A stretch of 64,000 nt of DNA from a virus. The notes under the pieces were generated by a model, which saw only the letters and a program-made list of their open reading frames with translations, was not told where the DNA came from and made no database searches. Position 1 is the first letter of the stretch. Each line of letters starts with the position of its first letter. The stretch lies in IMG/VR virus record IMGVR_UViG_3300008954_000007, one strand, 5' to 3'. The translations under genes and the position numbers were made by a program. Positions 1 through 10,144 of the stretch are shown piece after piece.

Positions 1-19
1 ACATTTAAGTTGGATAAGG

Positions 20-901
20 TTGGTAGAATCTAAGATGAATAGAAAGATTACGTCTATTGGGATGAAAAATTTTCAAAGTTGGGAAGATGGAGAGGTTTTG
101 TTTGAAAATTTTAATGTCTTAGAAGGCAAATCTAATTCAGGGAAGAGTGCTGTAGTAAGAGCTATATCTATGGTAATTAATGATGATTGGGATTCATCTT
201 GGCTCAGAAAGGGTGAGTCTATTACTACAGCAGACTTATCTTTTTCAGATGGATTAAGGATTGTTAGATCTAGGGGATCTGTTAATAACATTTTAGTTTA
301 TAGAGATAGTGTGTTAACAGATAACTTCAGTGATTTTGGTAAGAACTATCCAGAAGAGATGGACAAGATACTGAATACAGACGATTACAATATTGCGAAT
401 CAGTTTGATGGTCATTTTTTCATTAGTTTAAGTCCAAACAAACGTGCTCAAATTTTAGGTAAGTTTTCTGACTTAGGAAGAATTGATTCCCTTTTGAGTG
501 AGAACCAAAGAATACTAAGGCAATCAAATAGTAATGCTAAGTTTTTAGAAGAAAGTCAATTAGAGTTAGAGCATGAACTATTGATGGTTAAAGATATTGG
601 TAAATCATTACCAAGTAGCAAAGAGTTAAAGGAGTTAAATGAACTGATAGATGAGACAAAGGTCTTATCAGATAGGCTTGATAAAATAAACCAACTAATA
701 GAGGTTGATAGTGTATTGTCTTTAAGTGATGGTTTATTTTTAGCAGAAAATCTTTATCAGGAGTGTCAGTTATTAGTTAGGCAATTAGCTGTATTAAAGT
801 TCCAAAGAGATATCACTAATATTTCTGAAAATATAGCTACCTTGCAAAATAAGATAGAGGGTCAGATATGCCCTATTTGCGATAGAGAGATAAATTTTTA
901 G
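20..901 (+). CDS. sbcC: SbcC/Rad50-like ATPase, N-terminal half
   Basis: MKNFQSW start motif, Walker A GKSNSGKS, Q-loop (ANQFD), coiled coil ending in zinc hook CPIC; no C-terminal ABC motifs. Confidence 0.85.
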   Translation: MVESKMNRKITSIGMKNFQSWEDGEVLFENFNVLEGKSNSGKSAVVRAISMVINDDWDSSWLRKGESITTADLSFSDGLRIVRSRGSVNNILVYRDSVLTDNFSDFGKNYPEEMDKILNTDDYNIANQFDGHFFISLSPNKRAQILGKFSDLGRIDSLLSENQRILRQSNSNAKFLEESQLELEHELLMVKDIGKSLPSSKELKELNELIDETKVLSDRLDKINQLIEVDSVLSLSDGLFLAENLYQECQLLVRQLAVLKFQRDITNISENIATLQNKIEGQICPICDREINF

Positions 902-910
902 GAGATATAG

Positions 911-1738
911 ATGCAAAATAAGCTTGTCAATTTGAAGGATAATGAGATCCCTTCATTGTGGAGATTTGTTCTTCAACTAGAGGATAGGGTTGCTGAATTA
1001 GAGAATGGAAAAGGAAAAACACCTCTAGAAAATGAAGTAAGTGCTTTTGATGATTTGAAAAATTTTGAGAACCCTAATCAGGGTGGAAAAACCTTGATGG
1101 AAACATTTTTTGATAAAGCAGAAGAATCTTTAGAGGGTTCACCTGTAGATGATAATACATCAGGAGATGTTATTCAGGATATTGAGGAGAAAAGTATTAG
1201 CTCTAGGGAGTTAAACCCTATAGAGGATAGGTATTTTATCCCTCATATTATTTCTAATAGCATATATAGGTTGCCTAGTGTAGATTACTTCATGGATAGC
1301 CACTTTAAATGCCTTAAACAAAGAAAGATTGAACATGATCCCATATGTGATTTTTGTCATCTACAGGCTATGCATGTATCTCATAAATCATATCAAAATT
1401 TAAATAATGAAAGTTTTGAGGACTTATGGTCTTTGTGTGATTGGCACTTTAGAGAAGTAAGTGAAGTAGTAGAGGTAAATGGAAAACCACCACACCCCCC
1501 ATTTTCACCAAAGTGGTTGGTTGTTTCACCTACAGGTCATACTTTTCAGGTTATTTCATTAAAGAAATTTGCTGTATCTAACAAACTTCATGGTGGAACT
1601 TTAGGAAGATTGGCTGCAGGTAAACAACAGGATTATAAAGGGGGGTGGAAGTGTTATGGTTTTGCTAGTTATATCACCAACCTATATGCTCAACAACCTG
1701 GTAGTACTCCAATATTTGTTGATAGTGAGGGCATGTAG
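911..1738 (+). CDS. HNH-like zinc-binding protein with possible NUMOD-like C-terminal domain
   Basis: CDFC...HVSHKSY...E...DLWSLC pattern resembles HNH proteins; C-terminal GKQQDYKGGWKC. Confidence 0.4.
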   Translation: MQNKLVNLKDNEIPSLWRFVLQLEDRVAELENGKGKTPLENEVSAFDDLKNFENPNQGGKTLMETFFDKAEESLEGSPVDDNTSGDVIQDIEEKSISSRELNPIEDRYFIPHIISNSIYRLPSVDYFMDSHFKCLKQRKIEHDPICDFCHLQAMHVSHKSYQNLNNESFEDLWSLCDWHFREVSEVVEVNGKPPHPPFSPKWLVVSPTGHTFQVISLKKFAVSNKLHGGTLGRLAAGKQQDYKGGWKCYGFASYITNLYAQQPGSTPIFVDSEGM

Positions 1739-2040
1739 TGGCTAGAAACATAACCATAGAGTATCCAGTGTCCTTGCCATATTATTTTATTTCTTTTGTA
1801 AGGGATAAGAAAAATAAAGATGTGGAGATTCTTTTTAGGGATAAATTAGGGTGGAAAGGAAAACTGATTTATTCCCAGGAAGAAAATGCCTTAACCTGGA
1901 GAAGCATGATTTTTTGGTGGTCAGTAATGAAAAGTAAATTTAGAACTGCGCTATTGAATTGTCATAGTGTTGATGAAAAAAGGCAATGTATGTTAAAAGG
2001 ATTTAAGAAAAGGTTTGGTATTGAAAGTGTCAATGATTAA
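1738..2040 (+). CDS. hypothetical protein
   Basis: ORF coupled to neighbours. Confidence 0.55.
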   Translation: MARNITIEYPVSLPYYFISFVRDKKNKDVEILFRDKLGWKGKLIYSQEENALTWRSMIFWWSVMKSKFRTALLNCHSVDEKRQCMLKGFKKRFGIESVND

Positions 2041-2290
2041 GATAGAGGAATATAAAAAGATAGTTGAGACAATGTCTCAACTATCCACTGATCTTCTTTG
2101 TTTAGCTGAAAATGAAGATATTATTATAGCTAAGGTAAAACTTACTAAATTAGAAAGTTTGATTAGTTCTAGTCATCATGAGTTAAATAAGTTAACTTAT
2201 CAGCTAGAAAAGTTTTATTTGGGCAATATTACCCATGATCCCTTAAAGGATAATTTTAAAAAAGTAGATGAGATGTATGGTAGTACCTGA
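2033..2290 (+). CDS. hypothetical coiled-coil protein
   Basis: ORF overlapping previous stop; ATG start at MIKIEEY. Confidence 0.5.
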   Translation: MIKIEEYKKIVETMSQLSTDLLCLAENEDIIIAKVKLTKLESLISSSHHELNKLTYQLEKFYLGNITHDPLKDNFKKVDEMYGST

Positions 2291-2336
2291 TCTCAAAACT
2301 AGCAATAGTTATTGCTAAATTAATAATGATGTAAGG

Positions 2337-3251
2337 ATGATATTAACTATGATAGAAGAAAGATGGATAGATACTAAGACTTCAGTAGGAAGAGAAGCTA
2401 GGGAAATTAAAGATGATCTTCCCTCAATGGTGATGAGTGGTTGGTTCAACAAATATGAAGCCCAAAAGTTGCATGTAATGTTCAATAATGGAGACATAGC
2501 AGGTTTTTTACATGAGTGGAGAACACTATATAGAGAAGTGAAGCTTTATCCCAGGTGTAGTGTAGTTCTTTCTTATGATAGTGAAAGAGGTGAAAGAACT
2601 AGTGAAACCCTTGGTTTTCACCCTAAGTGGGATGCTAAGACCTATAAGCAAAGAGTTACAGTTAGAAAATGGGCAGTTTATACTTATGGTGTTGATTTAG
2701 ATAAGGTTGAACTTAGGAAAACTTCTTCATCATCTCATAAAAACAGCAACCTTAGTTCAGGGGAATTGAGTGAGATCTATCAGCCCTTTGTAGATGAGAG
2801 AGAAATTGAAAGAAAACTGTGGGGAAAAGAGAAAAACCCTCAATCTTATAGCAAATTTGGTAGGAAAGTTTCAACACCTACGAACAAATTATATTGGAAA
2901 GTTTGTAGTTTATATAATTCAGAAGATCTTCCATATCAGCCAAATTGTAGGGTAGTAAGTTTTGACACTAATGATCTTTTAACAATGAGTAGTGATGAGT
3001 TGTTAGAAGAAATACCACATAAGACAATTTTAAATCATTTTTTAGATAATGATGCTGTTAATTATCAACCCTTTGATGAATATCAAACATTAGAGATTGA
3101 TAATTTCTGGAAGGAAGTAGATGAAGAAGAAAGTAAAGTCCTTAATTTCAATAGGGGATATAGAGTAGGTTGGGGTGATGTAAATGGTCAGTCCAAACTA
3201 GAATGTTTTCAAGAAGAAATATTAGAAAAAGAGGTGTATTTTGGATATTAA
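2337..3251 (+). CDS. hypothetical protein
   Basis: 304-aa ORF in operon. Confidence 0.65.
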   Translation: MILTMIEERWIDTKTSVGREAREIKDDLPSMVMSGWFNKYEAQKLHVMFNNGDIAGFLHEWRTLYREVKLYPRCSVVLSYDSERGERTSETLGFHPKWDAKTYKQRVTVRKWAVYTYGVDLDKVELRKTSSSSHKNSNLSSGELSEIYQPFVDEREIERKLWGKEKNPQSYSKFGRKVSTPTNKLYWKVCSLYNSEDLPYQPNCRVVSFDTNDLLTMSSDELLEEIPHKTILNHFLDNDAVNYQPFDEYQTLEIDNFWKEVDEEESKVLNFNRGYRVGWGDVNGQSKLECFQEEILEKEVYFGY

Positions 3252-3498
3252 AGTAGAAGTTAAGGTTTATAACCCAGGATGTAATGTAAGTGTTACAGTT
3301 AAGGATCTCCCTGAGAATATGACAGGATATCTGAAAGAAGATGGTTCTGTTGTACCAGAGGTACAGATAGATGGTGTATTTTTTCAAGTAATGGAATCTA
3401 TTGTTAAGGATGTAGTGGAAATAATTAACAATCGTGAGTTGAATAAAAACTCTAATGTAAAATTAGTAAAAGAAGGGTTTGAAGCTAGTTTAGATTAA
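3241..3498 (+). CDS. hypothetical protein
   Basis: GAGGTG RBS before TTG. Confidence 0.55.
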   Translation: MDIKVEVKVYNPGCNVSVTVKDLPENMTGYLKEDGSVVPEVQIDGVFFQVMESIVKDVVEIINNRELNKNSNVKLVKEGFEASLD

Positions 3499-3502
3499 TC
3501 AC

Positions 3503-4402
3503 ATGAAGATACTTTTCTTTACAGACACACACATCACTTCTACTACACCAAGTGGTAGGAGTGATGATTATGTAAGTAAAATTTCTTCTAAATTAGAAGA
3601 AATATCAGGACGAAGTTCTGAAGTAGATCTCATCTTAAATGCAGGAGATATTTTCCATAGAGCAAAACCTAATCTTCAAGAAATTTCTATTTTAGTAAAT
3701 TTTAGCATGGGTCTTAAGTGTCCAATGTATACATGTGCAGGGAATCATGATTTGATTGGATATAACTATGAGAGATTGTCTGACACAGGAATAGGGTTAA
3801 GCTCAAGATTCCTAAATAAAATAAATTTAATAACACCAAAAGACAATTATGTCGAATTAGATAGTGGTGTTCATCTACATCATATTGGCATGAGTTCTGG
3901 CTCAGTGGCTAAGGAATTTATGGTTCAAAGAAGAGAAGGAGCTAATATAGGATTGGTTCATGACATGTTAGTTGAAGAGCCACTTTTTGAAGATCACATT
4001 TTATTAAAGGACTTCAAGACTAACTTAGATATAGTCTTTAGTGGTCATTATCACATGGGTTATAGATCTCAGAAAATAAATGGTAGAGGGTTTGTTAATC
4101 CAGGTTCCATGATGAGGATGACTAGAAAGAAAGAAGACATGGAAAGGATACCTAAGTACGTTATCTTAGAAGTTTCACCTAAGCAGTGGAAGATTTTAGA
4201 AGAGGTTACATTCCAAGTGTATGAAGCAAATGTATTTATTGAGAACATCGAAGATGAAATACAACCATTCTTTGATTCAATAGATACATCACAAGCAATT
4301 GGTATTTCAGCTATTGAGTTTTTAGAGCAACGTGCTGAAGAGATGTTGAGTGAAACAGCTAAAGTTAAGTTTAAAGAACTAAGGAGAACAGTAGAACTTT
4401 GA
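3503..4402 (+). CDS. sbcD: SbcD/Mre11-like metallophosphoesterase nuclease
   Basis: TDTH, GDIFH, GNHD, GHYH and NPGS motifs. Confidence 0.9.
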   Translation: MKILFFTDTHITSTTPSGRSDDYVSKISSKLEEISGRSSEVDLILNAGDIFHRAKPNLQEISILVNFSMGLKCPMYTCAGNHDLIGYNYERLSDTGIGLSSRFLNKINLITPKDNYVELDSGVHLHHIGMSSGSVAKEFMVQRREGANIGLVHDMLVEEPLFEDHILLKDFKTNLDIVFSGHYHMGYRSQKINGRGFVNPGSMMRMTRKKEDMERIPKYVILEVSPKQWKILEEVTFQVYEANVFIENIEDEIQPFFDSIDTSQAIGISAIEFLEQRAEEMLSETAKVKFKELRRTVEL

Positions 4403-4788
4403 AAGTAGTAAAAGACCTCAATAAGTTGTGGTTATTGAATTTGAATACCAATATGTATACATGTTATGATCATGATAAATTTGGCAATAGAATTCTTATA
4501 GGTGAATATTCTAAAAAGGATGTTAAAAGAGAGGAAAGATCTTCTTTTGAAGATGCTAAAAAGTCTCTGAATGGTCATTCATATAAGGGTGTTACCCTTC
4601 ACAAGAGGTCTTATGAAAATGGAGCCAAAAATTTTTGGCATTCAAAATTGCATTTACCTACTAAAAATGGAAAAAGAAAAAGTGTTCATGTAGGTACTTT
4701 TAGAACATCTGAAGAAGCAGCTATTGCTTGGAATAATGCTGTTATAGAAGCAGGTCTTGAATCTGTTAAAGGTCTTAATAAGGTTTAG
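4399..4788 (+). CDS. AP2-domain DNA-binding protein
   Basis: YKGV...W...HVGTFRTSEEAAIAWNNA AP2 signature. Confidence 0.7.
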   Translation: MKVVKDLNKLWLLNLNTNMYTCYDHDKFGNRILIGEYSKKDVKREERSSFEDAKKSLNGHSYKGVTLHKRSYENGAKNFWHSKLHLPTKNGKRKSVHVGTFRTSEEAAIAWNNAVIEAGLESVKGLNKV

Positions 4789-4799
4789 GAGTATGGTAT

Positions 4800-5156
4800 A
4801 TGAGCATATATGATCAATTCATGTCTGACATGAATGATATTGCTGCATTACTAAAAGCTAGGGAAAATAAATATAAGGGCAAAGGTCTTTATAGGGATGG
4901 CACTAAGATGTCTTCTAATTTACCCAATAGCTATCGTTTATCAACAGATAAGAATAAGAGTTGTAAAAACTGCTCTTCTTATTCTACAGATAATCAACAA
5001 AGGTGCTCTAAGTGGAATGCTGTTGTTAGAGCAGAATATATCTGCAGAGATTGGCGTAGTTCTAGGCTTAATAAGCCTAAAGAGAATGAACCAAAGAAGC
5101 CATCTATTGGTGGAAATTCTCCAGATTTAACTAATGATACATCTATGACAACATAG
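4800..5156 (+). CDS. Cys-rich protein with HiPIP-like motif
   Basis: Y...CKNC...C...V...C-x2-W. Confidence 0.4.
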   Translation: MSIYDQFMSDMNDIAALLKARENKYKGKGLYRDGTKMSSNLPNSYRLSTDKNKSCKNCSSYSTDNQQRCSKWNAVVRAEYICRDWRSSRLNKPKENEPKKPSIGGNSPDLTNDTSMTT

Positions 5157-5170
5157 ATGGGGGTAGCATT

Positions 5171-5413
5171 ATGGGTATAGTGGGTTCTGTAGTAGCATTT
5201 GTGACAGCGCAAAAACTGGCACAAGAAGAGGCAAGGAAGAAGAAGTCAGCTAGGAAAAAACCTAGTAAGGGTCTTAGGATACCAGTAGCTCCACCTACTG
5301 AAAGACATTCTGCCAAGAAAGGTACTGGTTATAATAGGAAGAAATCTAAGCAAGAAGCATCTAGAGAAATAGATGTTGGAATAAAAGAGGCAATGGATCT
5401 TGAAAAACTCTAA
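5171..5413 (+). CDS. small basic protein
   Basis: Lys/Arg-rich ORF with KKGTGYNRKK. Confidence 0.55.
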   Translation: MGIVGSVVAFVTAQKLAQEEARKKKSARKKPSKGLRIPVAPPTERHSAKKGTGYNRKKSKQEASREIDVGIKEAMDLEKL

Positions 5414-5549
5414 GAAAAAGAAACCTTTTTATAGCTTTACTTCTAGAAAGAAAAAGGACAAGCCCAAGATTAAGGAAGAGCATAATCCCAAGGATTGTAG
5501 TAAAAAGTGTAAGTGTGAGAAGTAGTTGCCAGTAAGCAAGGAGCTTTTA

Positions 5550-5675
5550 ATGCCAGTACATAAGGTTAAAGGTGGGTATAAATGGGGTAGCAAAGGGAAG
5601 GTATATAGGAGAAAAGGTGATGCTGTTAAGCAAGGTAAGGCTATTCAAGCCAGCAGGAGAAAGAAAAAGAAATGA
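5550..5675 (+). CDS. 41-aa basic phage protein (MPVHKVKGGYKWGSKGKVY...), absent from ORF track
   Basis: AAGGAG RBS, ATG 5550, TGA overlapping next ATG; resembles a recurrent small phage protein type. Confidence 0.65.
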   Translation: MPVHKVKGGYKWGSKGKVYRRKGDAVKQGKAIQASRRKKKK

Positions 5676-6106
5676 ATCAAAAACTTAAGGATCTAGGGTT
5701 CCAAGAAGTTAAGGTTGGATCATCTAAGGATTACATAAGTATAGATCAATATGGCTCCATTTCTTTTTCAGGAAGATTGCGTAGAGAACTCAGTATTAAA
5801 AAGACTGAAAGTGCCTCTATTTATTTCAACCCTGATGGTGGACAGTTAGCTATACATATTGGTAGGTTTGATAGAAAGAAAAATAGTGATATGTTAATCC
5901 TTAACATAGAGCCTGATTTAACCATCAGGGCCAAAGAGGAGTTGATAGCTATAGAAGATGAATATGCAGGATACCATTTATTACCTCAAGGGGCTTCAAC
6001 ACATAGCCTAGAAGACGTTGAAATAGAAAATGTGAGCTTACCCCCTGATCCCCACTCAAGAATGGTTCTAGTGGGTCTTAAGAAAGATAAAACGCCATTC
6101 AGGTGA
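5672..6106 (+). CDS. hypothetical protein
   Basis: 144-aa ORF. Confidence 0.6.
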   Translation: MNQKLKDLGFQEVKVGSSKDYISIDQYGSISFSGRLRRELSIKKTESASIYFNPDGGQLAIHIGRFDRKKNSDMLILNIEPDLTIRAKEELIAIEDEYAGYHLLPQGASTHSLEDVEIENVSLPPDPHSRMVLVGLKKDKTPFR

Positions 6107-6210
6107 TCTATGTTAAAAAGATTTATAGCGTTCATATTGTGCTGTGCTATATGGTGTATGCTTTTTTTTTATTGTTTATCAAACTTTGGAATGCATTAAC
6201 CCCATTTAAT

Positions 6211-6239
6211 TTGCAATAACTACATAAGTATGATATAAT
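6211..6239 (+). promoter_or_regulatory. sigma70-type promoter
   Basis: TTGCAA-17bp-TATAAT with extended TG, upstream of RBS. Confidence 0.75.
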
Positions 6240-6266
6240 TATGATAGGTTGAAAAAAGGAGTCAAC

Positions 6267-7019
6267 ATGGCAAGGAAGAGAAGAAAGAACAGAAAGAGAA
6301 TGGTCAAGTCTAGTACTTCAAAAACCATTAGTGTTGATAGGTATACTGATCTTGAAGATTGTGAGTTATATATTGTAGATAGATTAACTTCTATAGACTG
6401 TGATCTCACCAAAGGGGTTATTAAGTTTTTACAACCAGAAGATTCAGAAGAGTTTGATTGCTCAATTAATATGAGTCAGGTTGATAGTGCTAGAAAACTT
6501 TTGCAAATGATATTTTTCTTAGCAAACAATGAAGCATTTACCAAGAAGCACATTTTTGATTTGATTCATGTGGCATCTCTAGATTCTTACAGCAAGGAAA
6601 GAGATAAGGTCTTAAATGATCTCTATCGTGGTTTTAGGCATGTTGTTCTCTCTAAAGACAATATAATGAAAAACCATTATTTTTGGTGGATTGAGAAACA
6701 TGCTGATGATTTGAAAGAGAGTTTTTTTGATGGCAAAACTCCTGAAGAAATAGAGGAGTTAAGTGATGAAGGTCTTGATCCATCTGATGAAAGTAAATGT
6801 GGTGAAAGATATTTTTCATTTGTGGGGAGAAGTTGGGTTAGTTATTTAAATCGTCTTCCAAGTCACCTAATGAAAAATGATTCTGATATGGCTATGGTTT
6901 TTCAAGCTCAAGGAGATCCTCAAGAGGCAGAATCTGTTGAGGCTAATATTTATTTTGATAACATCTATTTTGATTATTCAGATGAAGACTTTAAGTCTTT
7001 AAAAAAGGAGTCAGCATGA
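6267..7019 (+). CDS. hypothetical protein
   Basis: AAAAAAGGAGTC leader then ATG (MARKRR). Confidence 0.7.
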   Translation: MARKRRKNRKRMVKSSTSKTISVDRYTDLEDCELYIVDRLTSIDCDLTKGVIKFLQPEDSEEFDCSINMSQVDSARKLLQMIFFLANNEAFTKKHIFDLIHVASLDSYSKERDKVLNDLYRGFRHVVLSKDNIMKNHYFWWIEKHADDLKESFFDGKTPEEIEELSDEGLDPSDESKCGERYFSFVGRSWVSYLNRLPSHLMKNDSDMAMVFQAQGDPQEAESVEANIYFDNIYFDYSDEDFKSLKKESA

Positions 7020-7708
7020 CAGATAAATGGGATGTTAAAAGCTATCAAAAGAATAGGGAACTTGGCGTAATGCCAAACACCATCATGGATAGTAGGCTAA
7101 CTAATGTGTTGGATGATTATCTTGAAGACAGAGAAAAACAAGTTGCCATAACAACTAACATGGAACTGTCTGTATTGGATAGGGAAGATTACTTCTTGGG
7201 TAGGAAGAACTATAGGTTGTCACATAAATTTCCCTATAAAAGGGTTGATATATCTTATGATACTTATACTCCTTGGGAAGATGATAAGTCTATTTATGAG
7301 CTTAAAAACTCTACAGAATATCGTGACGAAGACACAGAAACATTCTTCATTAAAAGCACAATGACCAATAAGATTCTTGTACAAAGATTAATGATTCTTG
7401 TAATTGAAGATGTGTTTTTTCTTGATGAAGAAGTTGAGGATTGCTTCAAGTATTTTACAGAAGCTAAGGTGACCTATAATTTTAAGTATTCCAATAGAAA
7501 TAATTTTGAACTTAAGTATGATAGGGAATATGATAAGTTAGCTGAAGGGTATTTTGATTTTGATTCCTATTGGAGCAATAGAGATGAGATAGATTGTGAC
7601 CATAATAGTTTTGAAATTGAGACTTTAACTGATAGTTCTTTTGAGTCAAAAGTTCAGCATTATGATTGGAATTGGAAATTAAATAAAGATGTTAGGAGTT
7701 TGTTTTAG
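7016..7708 (+). CDS. hypothetical acidic protein
   Basis: AAAAAAGGAGTC leader. Confidence 0.7.
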   Translation: MTDKWDVKSYQKNRELGVMPNTIMDSRLTNVLDDYLEDREKQVAITTNMELSVLDREDYFLGRKNYRLSHKFPYKRVDISYDTYTPWEDDKSIYELKNSTEYRDEDTETFFIKSTMTNKILVQRLMILVIEDVFFLDEEVEDCFKYFTEAKVTYNFKYSNRNNFELKYDREYDKLAEGYFDFDSYWSNRDEIDCDHNSFEIETLTDSSFESKVQHYDWNWKLNKDVRSLF

Positions 7709-7746
7709 GGAGTTAACTTAAACAAATGAAAAAAAAAGGAGTCAAA

Positions 7747-8151
7747 GTGTCTCTCATAGGGATAAAACATCAACCACCAACCCCAAACCCTAATGGTGTA
7801 ATCAATGAAGAATTCATCCCTTATTTAAAAAGGGGGTTTAATCTAAATGAGGATGAAATTAAAGACTATAAAAGGTTGAGGAAAAGATCTTTAAAGATTT
7901 ACAACATCATTAAGAAAACAGGGGCGTGTAACGCACCAGATTCATATGGTAATTATGAAAGTTTTTTCTTTAGAGATGATGGAACTGAAATAGATTTCTT
8001 CTTGGGGAAAGAAGAAATATTACAGCAGATCATAGATTTTGAAGAAAAATTGGGTCTTTATAAGAAGATTTATGGAACAACTGATCCACCTTGTCATAGT
8101 GACTTGGAGTCTGTTCATTATGGTGAGAAGGATATAACGTTTTTTTGTTAA
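7747..8151 (+). CDS. hypothetical protein
   Basis: AAAAAAGGAGTC leader then GTG. Confidence 0.6.
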   Translation: MSLIGIKHQPPTPNPNGVINEEFIPYLKRGFNLNEDEIKDYKRLRKRSLKIYNIIKKTGACNAPDSYGNYESFFFRDDGTEIDFFLGKEEILQQIIDFEEKLGLYKKIYGTTDPPCHSDLESVHYGEKDITFFC

Positions 8152-8164
8152 AAAAGGAGTCTAA

Positions 8165-8422
8165 ATGGGATACTGGAGTGAAGTTCAGATAGAGTTAGAT
8201 GAAAAGGAATCAGAAAAAGAAGAAGCTATTAGTATGGGTTATGATGAAGACTATCTTTTTTCTTTGTTTGGGGATAATTGGGTTGAGTATGTAGATTTTT
8301 TTTATGAGTCAGATGAATATGATTATTCAATTTTTGAAGATAAGGCTACAGAATTAGAGAAAAAAGGCATAGCCCATTGGCAATTGGAAGAAAAAAAGGA
8401 GTCCATATGTCTGAGCAATTGA
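8165..8422 (+). CDS. hypothetical acidic protein
   Basis: AAAAAGGAGTC leader. Confidence 0.65.
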   Translation: MGYWSEVQIELDEKESEKEEAISMGYDEDYLFSLFGDNWVEYVDFFYESDEYDYSIFEDKATELEKKGIAHWQLEEKKESICLSN

Positions 8423-8889
8423 ACATTGAAGGTCTAATAGTATCAGAGGAAACCACAGTTTCTGAAGAGATTGAGGGAGAGGTTACTGAAGAAGAACCAA
8501 CGTTTTTGGATATGACCATCAGTCCAGAAACTGAATCTCTAATGGAAGAGATGAGATCTGGACATTCAGTTTATGATCACTCTACCAAGAAGGTTTATTT
8601 TAAGAAGCTACCATCTATTCCACCTATTGGAATTAGTGAGTTTGATTCAAAAAAGAAGTTAGTTGATTGGATCTTTTTTCTAACAGGTAAGAAGCAATGT
8701 ACAGTAAGAACTATTGATGATCTAGTCACTATTGCCAACTCTATCCACACTCTAAAGGTAGAGCACTGTCCTACTAAATTGCCAGTTGATTTGATGGCAA
8801 GAACAGAGGATATAAACACAACCTATAGCCATGATAGCTGGAGAGATGAAGAAGAAGATGATACTCCATGCAATCAAGGTTCTAACTAA
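8407..8889 (+). CDS. hypothetical protein
   Basis: AAAAAAGGAGTC leader then ATG (MSEQLN). Confidence 0.65.
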   Translation: MSEQLNIEGLIVSEETTVSEEIEGEVTEEEPTFLDMTISPETESLMEEMRSGHSVYDHSTKKVYFKKLPSIPPIGISEFDSKKKLVDWIFFLTGKKQCTVRTIDDLVTIANSIHTLKVEHCPTKLPVDLMARTEDINTTYSHDSWRDEEEDDTPCNQGSN

Positions 8890-9669
8890 ATGACTAAACT
8901 TAAACTTAGTGATTTGTTGTCTAAGGCTCCAATAAAAAATCCAACAGTTGGATTAGAGGGAGCATTATTGAATGAGTTATTTGATGCATTTGAGGATGGT
9001 AGAGTTTTTTCCTCTAAAAATGCGTTAAGTGTAGTGAAGAAGTATATGGATAAAAGATTGGATTATCTTGATCCATTTTATGATTTTAAAATGATGGGCA
9101 AAGTTAGTGAAAGATCTCAACAAACAAAATTGGGAAAACTAATGGCAAAATTGTCCAATAAGGATGTTTTTTCTACTAATGGTATTAAATATACATTGAT
9201 TAGTAGAAAGATTAATAATGGGAATAAATATAGGTTTATTCCACACAGAGTAAAAAAGGAGTCTTTAATGAAAATTAAAGCAGTTACAGACCAAGAAGCT
9301 TTAGAGCAGTATGAAGAAGCAGCCACTCAACAACCAGAAGAAGGGTTTACACCTGAAGTTATATCTGCATCACCTGAAAAGGTTATGTTTAGTAGCTTTC
9401 AGTATGACTTTGCTACTGGAACTATTCTTGTAGAAGAAGGAGAAGATATAGCCCTTCCTATACACATAGCTCTTAACAGGGAGATTTCACATACAGAGGA
9501 TATTGAAGGTAGAAAAGATGGCTCTGATGTGAGATGCGTAGATGTTTCATATATAACAGGTGCTACCACCAAAGATCAAGCTATCCAGACCATTATTTTG
9601 AAATTCACAAAAACTGGAAAACCTGGACAGTATTTTGATAGTGATGGTTGGCTACATTCAAAAAGTTAA
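8890..9669 (+). CDS. hypothetical protein with internal in-frame RBS/start at 9268
   Basis: 259-aa ORF; internal A6GGAGTC leader. Confidence 0.6.
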   Translation: MTKLKLSDLLSKAPIKNPTVGLEGALLNELFDAFEDGRVFSSKNALSVVKKYMDKRLDYLDPFYDFKMMGKVSERSQQTKLGKLMAKLSNKDVFSTNGIKYTLISRKINNGNKYRFIPHRVKKESLMKIKAVTDQEALEQYEEAATQQPEEGFTPEVISASPEKVMFSSFQYDFATGTILVEEGEDIALPIHIALNREISHTEDIEGRKDGSDVRCVDVSYITGATTKDQAIQTIILKFTKTGKPGQYFDSDGWLHSKS

Positions 9670-9693
9670 ATTCTGAAACGTCAGTATAACTGG

Positions 9694-9732
9694 AAGAGTC
9701 CTAAGAGCGTTAAGGAACTTAGGACTCTTTTT
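9694..9732 (+). terminator. intrinsic terminator
   Basis: AAGAGTCCTAAG/CTTAGGACTCTT stem followed by T run. Confidence 0.75.
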
Positions 9733-9822
9733 CATTTAAAACCAATTGAAACTTCTTATAAACCTAGAAGAAAGGAAAGAACTTTAGAGTTAGTAAAATT
9801 TAGATATTTGGGGTATAAGATA

Positions 9823-10104
9823 ATGATGGAACACATACTTAAAATAGATGATGATAAAATAATAATTAGTCCAGGAAAATTTGAGGGAGAAAAATATTAT
9901 GTGCCATACTATTATGATTTATATCTAGATGGAGCTTATGATGAAATAACAGATGATGAAGAAATACTTTTTAAAATAGATGAAGATGATAAGGAAATGT
10001 TCCCTGAACTTTTACATGTAGACTCATTATATTTATTTCAAGATGATCAAGGTTTTATCTATTGTAGTGTCTCAGATGAGGAAGGGTTGACAATTGATAT
10101 ATAG
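9823..10104 (+). CDS. hypothetical acidic protein
   Basis: ORF with PGKFEGE motif. Confidence 0.55.
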   Translation: MMEHILKIDDDKIIISPGKFEGEKYYVPYYYDLYLDGAYDEITDDEEILFKIDEDDKEMFPELLHVDSLYLFQDDQGFIYCSVSDEEGLTIDI

Positions 10105-10144
10105 TGATGCTATCATAATACTATTGTTCAAAAAAAAGGAGTCG

